A DNA stretch of 60,886 nucleotides, counting the filler, from Phoronis ovalis (taxonomy: Eukaryota): assembly GCA_028565635.1 (NCBI GenBank). It is 5 parts of 5 records of this genome, joined end to end, with 100 filler letters (N's around TTAATTAATTAA, not from the genome) between each part and the next. Parts side by side here need not be neighbours in the genome. Positions count along the whole stretch, not along the records: positions 32,735 to 53,276 come from JAOXYB010000016.1; 4 more parts are not named here. One strand, written 5' to 3'. The notes under the pieces are model-generated. The model searched no databases. It was not told the DNA's origin and saw only the letters and a list, made by a program, of their open reading frames with translations. The translations under genes and the position numbers were made by a program. Shown here in pieces: positions 35,801 through 48,505 of this stretch (positions are counted from its first letter, which is position 1; every line of letters begins with the position of its first letter).

Positions 35801-36954
35801 AATGAACATTTGGTCGATGCAGTATGTCCTCTGGCATGCATCTGTTCATTCTAGTCCTAAAACTAAAGCGTCACAATCCATTTATGTTGCTGATTTTTGG
35901 CCGTTGCTTTTTTCTACTGCTAATTTTAACTTTTAGGACCCTCTCCTAAGAAGCCTCCCATGAGTGTCATCAGACAAGCTGGTGGGATAGTCACAAATAA
36001 TATGGTGGTGAGTACTTTTGTATTTTACCGAATTATACTTTCAGCAATAAATTATCAAACTGCGTATCAAAAGCATGACATATTGTTAATGATACTGACC
36101 TCTTTCAGATGTTAGTGTATACCAGGAGACAGATACAAGATGGTTAAACCAATAGTATTCTGAAAAAAATTATGCTGGTTTTGAAAAAAGGTGAATCAAA
36201 CTGTTCTCTGTGTCCTTTGCAGACCAGGGTGCTCCATAATTATGTCCTTTAATAACCTGAGTTAATAATGTACATGTTCCTTCTATCTATAGCATGGACT
36301 GGTGAATCATAATATGAATGGCGGTAGCTCACGGCGTACAGGCAGGAAACAGATACTCAGCTGGGTAGACGCACCAGATGATGTCTACTTTATAGCTACA
36401 GATAATACAAGGTTCGTGTATGTTTTATTTTTCAGGAATTTTCTGACCTTTTGACACGAGGTCTGGGTCTTTTTAATTTTGAGTATGTTGGCACCTTAAA
36501 TTAACACATATAAATTGGGAACTGGATGTATGAATTTCTGAAGGCTGAATACTTTTCTGAATTAAAATGATACAGAGAATTACAATTCATGATGATTCAA
36601 GGAAGGAGTGAATCCTAAATCACCCTGTGCAACTACTTGAATCAGCTTGTATATGAGGAAATTTTTCACAGACCTGTTCTGAAATACATTGTGGATACTG
36701 TATGTTCTGATGCAAGCTACAAAATACTTTTACAAATCTTCAGGATTTCATGTTGGTGCAAGTTTTGAAAATTGTTTGCTAAATTCTCTCTTTTTAGAAA
36801 GATTCGCAAGCAATTAACACAAGTGGAATTTAAGAAGGCTGCCCGCAAACCTTGGCGTAACTTAAAGGTGAAAATCCCGGGAATGAATATACTAGTCAAT
36901 AGCAAGCCTCTTCAGCAAGCAAAAAGTGTGGAAGAAGTTGTTGTGTTGGACTGA
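32881..36954 (+). CDS. MTA1: Metastasis-associated protein (NuRD subunit MTA1/2/3 homolog), 3' exons only
   Basis: Spliced exons: NKPNP...GRACESCY | ..[30 protein letters not shown] (GATA-type finger) | [21 protein letters not shown] (C2H2-like) | [16 protein letters not shown]...AARNP..PIN (R1) | [11 protein letters not shown] | RKIRKQLT...KKAARKPW (R2), stop at 36954. Confidence 0.93.
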
Positions 36955-38617
36955 ACCATGTCTGTGCATGTAATTCTACGCGAAGTTAAAAATTGCATTT
37001 TTAAACCTGACTGATGCAACTAAGTTGTTATAACAAAGTCTTGCCCTCAAAGCCTAGAACAATGACCTATCAATCCCCAAGTGGTCAGGCTAGATTTGTA
37101 GTGTTTTAACGTTTGACATTTAGGTTCTCCTGAAACAATGGCGTCCTCTACATATAGATGTAAGTGTAAATGCCATGTCGTCTTCAGATACCTCCACCAT
37201 AAATATAATGGCAAGGAAAATACCGACTCGTATACTGGTATATGATTTCTGAAGATGAAGAATGTTGTGTATATGAATGGTCAGACGGCTGGTCAATTGT
37301 GTGGTTAACTATATGGACGGATAAAATAAGGAAATGTTTGAACTGTGTATTATGATTCACTAAAAAGTGACCGATCAGATTTGAAATTTTGTATAATAAT
37401 AAGCTTTTTGATTACTTGTAATTTTTTATATTTATGTAGATATTTTGTTTATATAGATAGCATTCTGAGACGAGATGTGTTACTTAATAGTTTGTTTAGA
37501 CACAGACGTTCGCATTATATTTATATTATTAATGTGATCTCCTTCCTTGTCACTGAACTGTTTGTAACTGTTCTCAACATACTGAATCAAAATTGTGCAG
37601 TTCTGTACATTACCACACTTGAGCGATTTGGTTTGTGCAACATGATTTAAGATTTCAAACAAGGAATGTGAAGATTACTTGTGCCTAGGCTAATAAAAGT
37701 AGACAGCTATTCTGAGTAATCAAAAGCCCCAGTCAGATATGCACTGCACGGTTTGGTTATTGTTGCAATGAAGTGTTAAAAACCTTGCCCTGATATTTCT
37801 TAGTCAGATTACAGCTTAGGTTGAAGGGTGACCAGTATGGTACAAAGCCGGATACCATAATGATAAACCTTCCCACCAAAAGGTATCCTGCTAATTGGTA
37901 AGACTCGTCAATTTATAAACCCACCAAAGTTTTGTAATCTTCCCTGCCATGTCCACTTAATCCCAAGCTGTTGTCTCAATAGTCCTCAATATTTGCTAAA
38001 CAGTGTTTCTTGTAATTTCTTTAAACTTGCACATAAGTCTGGATTCATCAACTAATTTTCTAAAATTACCAATTAATTGCCTGTGTATTGAGCAGTACAA
38101 AATATTATTAACAAATCAGTTATTATGCATATGACAACCAAAGAATGATTAAATGGTTACATTTACTTAATAGTTACTTCTGGAAGTTACAAATATTTCT
38201 TTATGTAATTTTCAACTGAACAAATAGATATTTGTCAGAACACAAAATAAAATCGATTCTAATATCTCGTCTTCCTGTGTTTTACCAAAAAGCCATCATG
38301 GTTTTGCACAATCCCATACCATGCATAGTGAGTTCAACTATAACAAAAAGTTGATGATGAATATTTCTTGCTGTTTTAAATTCATTTGTTAGTCACCATT
38401 TTTTGTTACTGAGGAAATCAGCTGGATCCTTTTACAAATTTCGAAAAGGCCTTTATTTTTGCCTGCTATCAACTATGTATTTGCACTTGTCCCATTTAGC
38501 AAAGTACAATATATCCTTATAACTGATGCAGATAATAAATGCGGGACATTGCAATTTTAAGCAAGTATCAATCTTCAGCCCATAGGTCAACGACAATACA
38601 ATGCTACAGTTGATTGA

Positions 38618-41600
38618 TTAGATGGGTCTGGGTGAGTGCAGTCCATAAACATCTTCAGTTATCTTTGGCGAGTGATTAACACCAGATAGATTCCACTTTC
38701 CTAGACCACTTTCAGAAGATATACGATGAATCAGACGATGAGAGATAGAATATCCACCAGTTCCTTCAAGCTGGGATAACACGATTATAACTTGTCTGAA
38801 ATATAAGGATTTTTCCGTCAGCAATAATACCACATTGTGAATCTTTTACAACACCCTTTTATATACAATTAAAGAAGCATTCACGATCACAAACAACTAC
38901 ATGTCATACACTGCAAAACATCACTAACCTAAAAAGCACATTTGAAATCCACCAAATCTTAATTAATTCGACTCCGTTTCACATGTCTGTATGTACTTAC
39001 ACAGCTAAAACATTCTTGCCAAAGAAAGAAAATGTACTACATGGCAAACACATTGAGATATGCAAATCATAAAATTACCTGTGTAATGGTGGGACAGAGT
39101 CCACTGTTCTTAAGACACCTCTAGTCGATACCACATTCATACTATCTGAGCAGTCACATTCTACTTGAATGCTGCAATCTGGAAATCGATTTTCAAGCAC
39201 AACCACCAAACCTGCCCATCCATGTGTTAAGTAATATGCGGTCATTCCCTCACGACCCTATAAACATGGATTGGCAAAAATAATGTACATAATTTGAGCC
39301 AACAGCAGTTATACCAAGCCAAAGAACCTGTTTGAAATGGCAGCATCGAAGTCATACAGTACTGAATTAAGTTTTAGTGTTGATTTCCATCAAAATTACA
39401 AAAATAATTCTACAGAATGATACAGTTGTAGTTACAACCTATAAGGAACCTATTGCCAAATATCTGTGTCGATGCTTTTCTAGATAATGCAAATATTTCA
39501 ATAAAAAATTTCAATTTTCAATTCGATATGACTTTACATTTAAAAGCATGTTATGAAAATAGGTTCATGACCTTGAAATCTGGATACCAGAGACACAGTC
39601 ATGTGGACCTTCTGTATATATATTTGACATGGTGGATAATTACCACACAAGCATCTAATTGAAATGGAGTAGCCATTTTTGTATTGGGTTTTTGAATTGA
39701 ATATCATTAATCCATACGGATCAATAATTCAATAGGGCAGCCAGAGTTACTATTTGTAATCTTTCACAAAACTGGACAGCCATTTATAACATAAGATATT
39801 AAATATACTACTTAATTAATAAGCAAAGTACACACCTCGTGTCTTTGACCCTTAGCAATGGTAAGTTGTATTATGGTATCTGCCAAGAAATGCTGGTCAG
39901 TTGGTATTATTTGTTCAGTTGTCACTGGCTTCGAGCTATGCAGAGAAACTACGTAATTCGGAAATTGGTCTGCACCTGTTAAACCTAGAAAACCCACAAC
40001 CTACATGAATAGGTTTCTCAATTCAAATACTACCATTTTTACTTGCAACTGAATGCACTGCACATACTTGATTTTAACTTACTTGTTATTTTTTCCTAAT
40101 TTATATATTAATTCAGCTGACTAATGTTCTCTCAAGGCAATAAGCAATATATTTTGACACTATTTAGTAAAGAAATTGATCAAGATAGAACATGGAGATG
40201 CACAATCGAAAATTAACAGAAATAAAGATTTCCATCATTCTAACTTATTCATGAGATGTTACCAGCTACTAAGCCAATCATATACTATTTACAAGTTTGG
40301 AGGTCCACATATCTGCTGTCACTATTGATAGATATGACCAAATGCCTCACAGAGCAGTGAAGGTTCATTATTGCTATCTGAAATACCTAAATTCCAGTGA
40401 TTAAAAGCTACAGCCACAACTACATATTCTCCTGGTTCCAGCATGGTACTACAACCTACAAAACTGCGAACCTGACGCTTGCTATGGTCTATAAGTGGTC
40501 CTGCAGAAACATGTGCTGAACCAGAGCGTAGCACTATAATACACAGATCAACGGTTGTTCTATCAGTTTTCTCAGAGCCTCTAAAAAACAAGAAAATGAG
40601 AATGCATTGGTTGAAATATATTTATATAACATAACTTACAGCAAACTGTGGAGAAGCTTATAAGCAATAATCACAATCCTTTGTTAATAACAGTTAAGGA
40701 GATACTCGGTTAAAAATTTAACTTACCTTGCACCCTCCTGGAAGAGTCCAAATTCTATTTCTGTAGGTTGAAAAACTGTTACGTGCACAACCTGAATCGG
40801 ATTTTGAGAATTTGTTGGAAAGTGACCAGACATACGGACTTCACACCAGTTTGGTCTCACTTTACAGATATCCGCACAATCAAAATAACTATAACACCAA
40901 GAAAACAAAATGATTGTTTGATTATTAAAACTAGCCAGTAACATCCAATAGTATACTCCAAAAACTGTAAAAGTTTTATATAGAAGAGAGTGAAGTTGCA
41001 CAGTACTGTTGAGGTTCTATCCTTGCTCAAGTTAGAAAGAGGGGCAATTAGACGAAGTATATTTCTGTTGTAATTTTGTTCCAAGTCATAATATTTTCTA
41101 TCACATTGCGAATATTTCATTGAAACAAGTTTCCCCTGGAGTACTAGACTGGTAACTCATACAGGAAAAAATATCTTAATTATTTTTTTTTAATATGAAA
41201 AGAAATGCCAACTTTGTCATACCAAACATGCAAGACCCTAAAATAACCACCCATTTAAACAATGTTAAGAATATGTGAATATTATGATGTTTCTTTCTTA
41301 CCGCATAAAGTCAGTAAATGATATCCAAAAAACACCCTCAGCAGCACCATGAACCCTGAGATGATCACGTTCTGATGCATCCAGATTTGTCCATAATTGT
41401 GAACTGTCAGACCAGTCTCCTTTCCAAGAAAACCTGCCCCAAGGATTCCGTAGTCTAACAAGCCTGTGAGTATAATGAACAACTTAAAGTTGGTAATACT
41501 ATAATCGTATACTTTTTATAATTTTCACTGAAATTCAGAACACAATGCAATATAGCGTATTGCTAAATTTCATTCCCATAAACAAAAGCATTTATGGTAA

Positions 41601-44600
41601 TGGATATCTATATGCTGCAGTGAAAACAAATTCCAGCAAATACATTTAAAACATCATATATTACACAATATCCTTGAAAATAACGGAAATTACAGTTACG
41701 GTATTGATATCAATTAATATCGAACAAAATAGAATAGTGAAACAAATAGCACTAAAAAGTGTCAGGCAATTTTCCCATAACCCATATACATCTGTCTGGT
41801 GGTGATTGAAGAAAATAATGGCTTCTACTCAGGAAGTTGCTGGACAGAGATCATAAACCCTTTAAATGCTTCAGAAAGATTTCCAGCACAAGAACAATCA
41901 ATAAATTTCAAATCTCAAATGAAAGAGAATAGGTAGGATTTTTTAGAACAGGAAATCTTTTTATAATGGTATATATACATGAACACATGCACACACACAT
42001 ATATATAATATATAATGCAACATGAAGATCTCATCTTATCTGACTTGCCTATTTTGTCTAACATTCTGAACATCTAATATGGAGTAAGCATGCCTTGCCC
42101 TGAGACCTAAATTCTCATAAATCTGCTCATCCACTTTCATGTTACCACCACCACAAGAAGCACCCATTAAATATCTAAAAAATATTGAAATCAAAAAGGA
42201 TATCAGCAAAGCACAAACATTGCATAAAATAGAAGTTATAAATAGAAGGCAAATGTCCATGATAGCAGCTTTTAATCCGAGATGGTAAATCCACACACTA
42301 AAAAATATTTTAAGAGGAATGTCTCACAAAATTAGCTGGATAAAAAAATCTGCCAACACTGTGCTGATCCGAAATTCCCAAACCCACATCGATAATGATT
42401 AATCTAATGAGATTTTGACATGATTGCTATATCTATCAGTGGCTTACAGCAGTTGTCAACAACTGAAAACAGTCACTTATGATGACTTAGCATTTTATTC
42501 AAGATATCTGGGGCTACCTTTAAAATCAATTAAACAGTGATGAATATTAAAATAGTACCCTGATTCTCTTGAACTAAGTAGTTGTGCCCATATAAGGTCA
42601 GGATCTATTTCTTCTTCTTTACCATTGGCAGCAGTTGCTGAATCATAATGCCATATGTTATTATTGCATTATTATGAAATGTTACAATAAAACTAACCAC
42701 CCACTACATATTAGAATTGAATAGATCGTCTGAAGGAATCTCAAAAATACTCTCTAACCATAGATAAAATTAATTTGATTTTCAGACAAAAAGAAATACA
42801 TTTAGGATGCCCATTAGGAGTTTGATACTTAATTGATTTGTCATTAGCGAATCAAAAGAGAGGCAATTTACACAGATCAGGGTAATGAGTAGAGAGAAAG
42901 TTTTTTTCGACTCCTCCGCTGACTAGAATCATGCAATTATTACTGTAAATCACTATTAATAACTAAAATACAATACCCACTTATTATAATGTCAACCCAA
43001 GTAAAACTTACCATGTAACATTATACTTTCACATGGTGCACCAGTTAGAGTGGCTAGACCTTCAATGCACCGTCCAGCAATAAGTGCCTCATAACAACCA
43101 TGTACTTTAGCTAATGCCTTTTCTATTATAGGTACCCACAGCTGTCTCCGCTTAGCCTAAAAAAGATCAGGGCTGAGTATTATCTATACCAAAACATTAC
43201 AATACAAAAATGGGTGCGACTCTTACAACCAAAACACATGCTTATATAAATCTATTAAGTCATTCAAACCCTGCTTACAAGTAACAGGAATAAAAGTGCT
43301 ACTGGCTGTATCATCATAAATACCTGCGAATACACTAAACAGCGATGTCCATTGCATGGAAAAAGATCATCAACTAACACAGTCTTCCACAGTCCGTCTT
43401 TACACAGTCGTACTTGATATGCACCTTCTTTGCAATATTCTTGCGTTATCAAAATATTCTTCACAAGATCTGGCTTCTCTGCTAACACAGCCAGCGCACT
43501 AAGAAACCTGGAATGATACACGAGTAAACTAGCAAATATTACCAGGCCTCTGTCATCTTTAATACAAAATGTTCACAATCATAAGAATGCAGGAAATTTC
43601 TTTGTGCTATTTGTAAAAGTTGTTGAAGCTCTCCTCTACATATTGTGTACCAACATGTTCCCATGTTGTGCGATCATAAAATTGATCAATGTGCACCTAC
43701 GATATCTCATATACGAAAGAAATCTGTCCGACTGTATTCTTGTAACAGCTCCAAAAAGAAGGATGGGATGGAAATTATATGCCCCACAACTCCGTTGCGA
43801 GCTAATAAAATATTAAAAGTTAAATACCAACCAGCAATTTCCAAGAATTCCTTGCGATATGTCAGTAGGTCTCGGAGTTCTAAAGATAGCCCAAGGTATG
43901 CGAGTCTCGCTAGCATCTACAGGTGTTATTTCTTCTGGTCTGCACCATTGGACAACAACTTGGGCAGATTGTGGTACTTGGTTCAAATTATAGTACAGAG
44001 ATTTAGGTGCAGGAGGAAAGGAATCATCCACAAATTTTTCTTGGCTCTGTTAAAAAGCGAAATACACATTTTTAAAATTAAAAAGATCGAAATAAATGTT
44101 CCCATTTGCAAAATTACATGTAATTAAGCTGAAGCACTGGCAAAATCAATGGCTGTCTAGATAATGTGATTTTCATGCCTAGTTTGACAACTGTACACAC
44201 ACCTCCATGACTAGCATATCATGCAGACATATCTTAATGTTATTATGAATAGTGAGACAGATGTCATATCACTGACATTTAACTGGTAGTGGAGTTGACA
44301 AAAATTTTGGTGACTTTGCATTGAGTTTTTACTAGTAAATTCTCATTCACTAACTGTAGTATATGATCATTATATAATATGCTACATGTAATACTATAAG
44401 GAAACGAAGAAATAATGATTATTATGTTAATTAGTAAACTATTGCTAGGCCGCAAAGAATTTAGATTTTCTTTTTTAATTATAGCTAGCATTACAAAGTT
44501 ACATTCTTTTATTAAGGCATATATTAATATATAATAAAACAGTAGCTTTGACATTTAAAGAGGATGTTGCTACTCCTTAAGGAAAGACAAATGACATATC

Positions 44601-47600
44601 AATAATTGATTTCAATAGAATGTACACTAAGTTATTAGATTAACAACCACAATAGTATAATTAAATTCACATTAAATAGACAATTAAAAAACTTTTTTAT
44701 TATAAAATGACTGAGTCTAGTATCATTAATAACCTTCATAACAGGACTCTATAGACCAGAAATGTGCTAGTATGACCACTTTTAGGCTACTAAATAAATC
44801 CTACACAGCAGCACCTTGACACTTTATATCAGCTAAATACTCACCTTAGAACAATACGCAACAATATGCTGCCACAATTCTTTAGCTTCCTGCTCTTCTG
44901 TTTTCCTTAGATCATCAATCAACCGGCTCTTTTGCCTTGTTAAAGTTGGTGCAATGACACCCGAACCAATAGGTTTTTGACACATCTTACACAGGGTGTC
45001 TTTGTTTAAGTTCTTAAATGTACATACTTTGCATTGCCATGAATTAATACTAAGCATAGTTCTGCATAAAGAAGAGTTTAATGATGATACCCTAGCAACA
45101 GGTTGGTGAGATATGCTTGTGCTTGGCAAATTTTCATCAGGAATGGAGGAAATTCTCTTCTTACTGCATATTTCGCATATCGAAGCTTTAGTGTCATTCT
45201 TGTATGTGCAAGCTGAACATTGCCAGCTATAGACATTAATACCAGATGCTGGAACAGTATTAGTAGAGGGGGATTTGGTTAACGGGTTTGAAAATGGTGA
45301 AATTTGAATATCATCCTCAGTAGGGAGACGGACACGTCTCTTTGCCTCACACGCACCGCAAACATGTGCAGTTTTTGGATTTTTTAAAGTACATTTTGAA
45401 CAGATCCATGATTCTGTGCGTTTCAAAGTAGCCGGTAATTTTTTTTCACTATTCAGTTTTGAGCTTCCACATGCAGAACAAGCTACACTTGACAATGGAT
45501 TAAGTAATGTGCATTTTATACATGACCACAAATCTTTTGCATTTTCTGCTTCTAAAACATCACTCTCATCTATTGTTGAAGCAGGTGTAGACTTGCAATC
45601 TGTGTCCGTAGCAGTGGTGGAATCTTCTTGTCCAATGGGAGCTGGGCGCTTTGACACAGATGATTCATCTTGCAAATTTTTCATTTTGCGATTTAAATTG
45701 TCACCAGATGACACTTTAACTATGTTATTCTTTCCAGGATTTACATGTTGTCCATTCATTGTCTCCTCATCTAAATCTAGCAGATTTTTTGTTCGAATGT
45801 TATCACAAGCTTTGCACTGTTCAACACTGATTTCATTTTTCAATGTACACTTGGTGCATGTCCATTCTGAATTGTCTGCACCACCATAATTTGTTCCCAA
45901 GTCACCAGGCCAGGATAAACCACTTAAACTATCTGGGTCTTTTCCCCTTTGTTCTTGCTCACTAATGCTGTTATTGATTTCCTCCTTTGGAATGGGAAAC
46001 ACATCTTCAGAATCTGATATTTCAAGAATTTCATCCTGAGGTAATAAATAATTACATGATATGCATTTAGTTACACCTGAGGGGCTGTACAATGTACATT
46101 TGGGACATTGCTTCTGGGACCTTGTTTGACTACACGACATGCCATCGTCACTATTGGTATGTATAGTAACAGTTTCTTTTAATCTTTCCTCAATGTCATG
46201 ACGTTGCTTCTTTTTTAAAGGAGGGTAAGAAACCAAAGTAGCACCTTTGCCATTATTCTGTTTATCCATTTTGCAATTTTTGCATTGGTCAGTTGAAGGG
46301 GTATTTAAATGTTTGCATATGGTACAATTCCATTCGCAAGTTTCTTCCGTCCTGCTGCTTCCATCATCTTTAGCTGCCTGATGTTTGACAACATGACCAT
46401 TCATTGTTTGACTGTTAGGTCTAAAACATACAAGAATAAGCTGATACTTCGGGAAAACCAATGTAGGATCAACACTGAGAACAGTGTTCTCCATGTATTC
46501 AGAGATAATAAATGAATTTAAACTCATAAATATACAGGAAATAATGTACTTTGCATCCACTAAATGTTAAGGTAAATACCATGAACATCTATGCGCTTGA
46601 AGTGGAAAATACTGCTGAACGATGCAAATTTTAGTTTTCAACTTTAATGCAAGTGCCCATATTTTACCCGGATTAAGAATGTGTAGTACTGTACTTGCTG
46701 GACTTTGGAAACTAATGTATCTAACAGAATCAACCCATTAAACAGTCCATATTGATAAATTATTTCCTCATGACAATTACAATACAAGGGTCAACTATAT
46801 GCATTTGACAAGGAAATAACCAGAGTCTACATTTGTTTTAACTTAATACCTATTTAAAAATAGCAGTAAATGTAACATGCTCACATGCAGAAAAACAGAC
46901 ATTGGTATAATTTTTTATATTCTATTTTTGGTAAGTGTATCTTTGCCTTTTTTCATTTGTATGTGCACATGTAGCCCTAATTTCGGCTTAGTGATCAACC
47001 ATTTCAATTCCTGGATAAAGCCTGAAAGACCAGAAGGCATCTTAAGTCTGACTTTGGCTTAGTGATCAACCCTTTCAATTCCAGAATAAAGGTAGAAAGA
47101 TCAGGAGGCACCTGTAGCCCTTGATCTCAGATTAGCGATTATCTCTTTCAATTTCGGAATAAAGGACCACGAGGCATCTGTAGCCCGATTCCCACTTGGT
47201 GATCAACTCTTTCAATTCTGGAATTAACAGCTGAAGGACCAAGAGACAGTTCTCCATGCAATCACCTCAAGAATTTGTGCCCCATGTCTAATTACAATTG
47301 ATTTATCTTGCCATTTGCTATTAAGCATTTAACTGATAAATTAGTGAATTTATAATCAACACAACTACAAGACATAACACCATCTATGATGTTTGTGTAG
47401 TAACCATGAATTGATCAGGGTAATGATCAACTGCAGTAAATATATATATTTATTTTTTATATATCAACTCATCCTGCATTTAGTACATTTTCTGGCATGC
47501 ACAGCCAGTCAAATGAAGAACACACATAAATGCACTGCAGTGCTACCGGTTTCTGTAGTGACACATATTTTTTGTATGAGATTTGTTCCATGAATAATAA

Positions 47601-48113
47601 AAGGTTTCAATTCATAAAAATGTGTCAAAATTTGTTTGTATGACTGAAAGGAAGTACAAAGAGATCATTTTTCTGACTTTCCATAAAAAGGATCAATTAA
47701 AGTTATTCTTCTAAGATAACAATAAAGGTGGATGTCAGTCATCCGAGGTGATTCATGGTCACTAATCTTACTTTGATTGATACGCCCGATCACTGAGATT
47801 TCAACACATCCTCTGTAACATTGTTTGTCACAATGCCCACCTAAAAACACCCACAAAAGATATTGTAAACTATCGGATTTACCGGGGGCTTTTACACTGA
47901 ACGAAACAGAAAATGTACCCACCGTGTACTTGCCACTGTGTTTGTTTGCGACTGGGGATTTGTATCATTTGTAACTGTAAGAATAGTAGAACTCGCTGAT
48001 CCAGTGTCTGACGTTCTCAGTGTTCCACAATTCAAACAGAACCGTACCTCAGTAGGATTGACACGTTTGCATATTGTACAAGTCCATTGTAAAACTGATG
48101 CAGTAGAGCCCAT
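38618..48113 (-). CDS. CAPN15: Calpain-15 / small optic lobes homolog, complete multi-exon gene
   Basis: ATG at 48113 ([12 protein letters not shown]...). Eight RanBP2-type zinc fingers; CysPc domain with [31 protein letters not shown] and RNPWG; SOL-homology C-terminus (...[20 protein letters not shown]...GLHSPRPI*). Confidence 0.96.
46969..47245. repeat. Degenerate ~70-bp minisatellite (about 4 units) in CAPN15 intron 1
   Basis: Recurring tgtagccc...ttagtgatcaac..tttcaattc..gaataaag...gacca..aggca units. Confidence 0.8.
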
Positions 48114-48421
48114 AGCGTGTAAAACATTTCCGTAAATATCGTTTCGAAAGTGGATCAAAGATAATCAAAAACTTTTCATGATTTCTTCTTTCGGTGCTGA
48201 CTTGTGTTAAAACCGCTTTGATTGGTTATTTATAAATCGCCTGACCAATCAAACTTCTGATTACAAATTCTTCTTCGGAAAGTGACGTCAGCATCGGAAA
48301 TCCCCGACGGCCATATTTGTTACTTCCTGTTCAAAGTTGTGATGAACTTTATTTCCTTATTTCGCGATGAAACTTTTGCAAGATAAGCCACCTAGCAATT
48401 TTGCAGACTAATCCAATTGAG
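48114..48421. promoter_or_regulatory. Compact bidirectional promoter between CAPN15 and the Gab/DOS-like gene
   Basis: Divergent ATGs 308 nt apart; opposed CCAAT boxes (48221, 48245), CRE TGACGTCA (48283), GGAAATCCCC (48296), YY1-like GCCATATTT (48310), ETS-like ACTTCCTG (48322). Confidence 0.7.
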
Positions 48422-48505
48422 ATGGACATCATATGTCAAGGCTGGTTAACCAAATCGCCACCAGAGAGAAGATTACACGGAGCTCTTGCTTTATTTCGCA
48501 AACCG
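48422..48505 (+). CDS. First coding exon of a Gab/DOS-family PH-domain docking protein
   Basis: MDIICQGWLTKSPPERRL... matches the Gab/DOS PH-domain start (C.GWL.KSPPE++L); ends at a phase-0 donor |gtaagc. No second exon was recognised in the window. Confidence 0.8.

Noticed and set aside
45416..45889. 157-aa plus-strand ORF
   Set aside because: Antisense to the CAPN15 zinc-finger exon; no recognisable domain.
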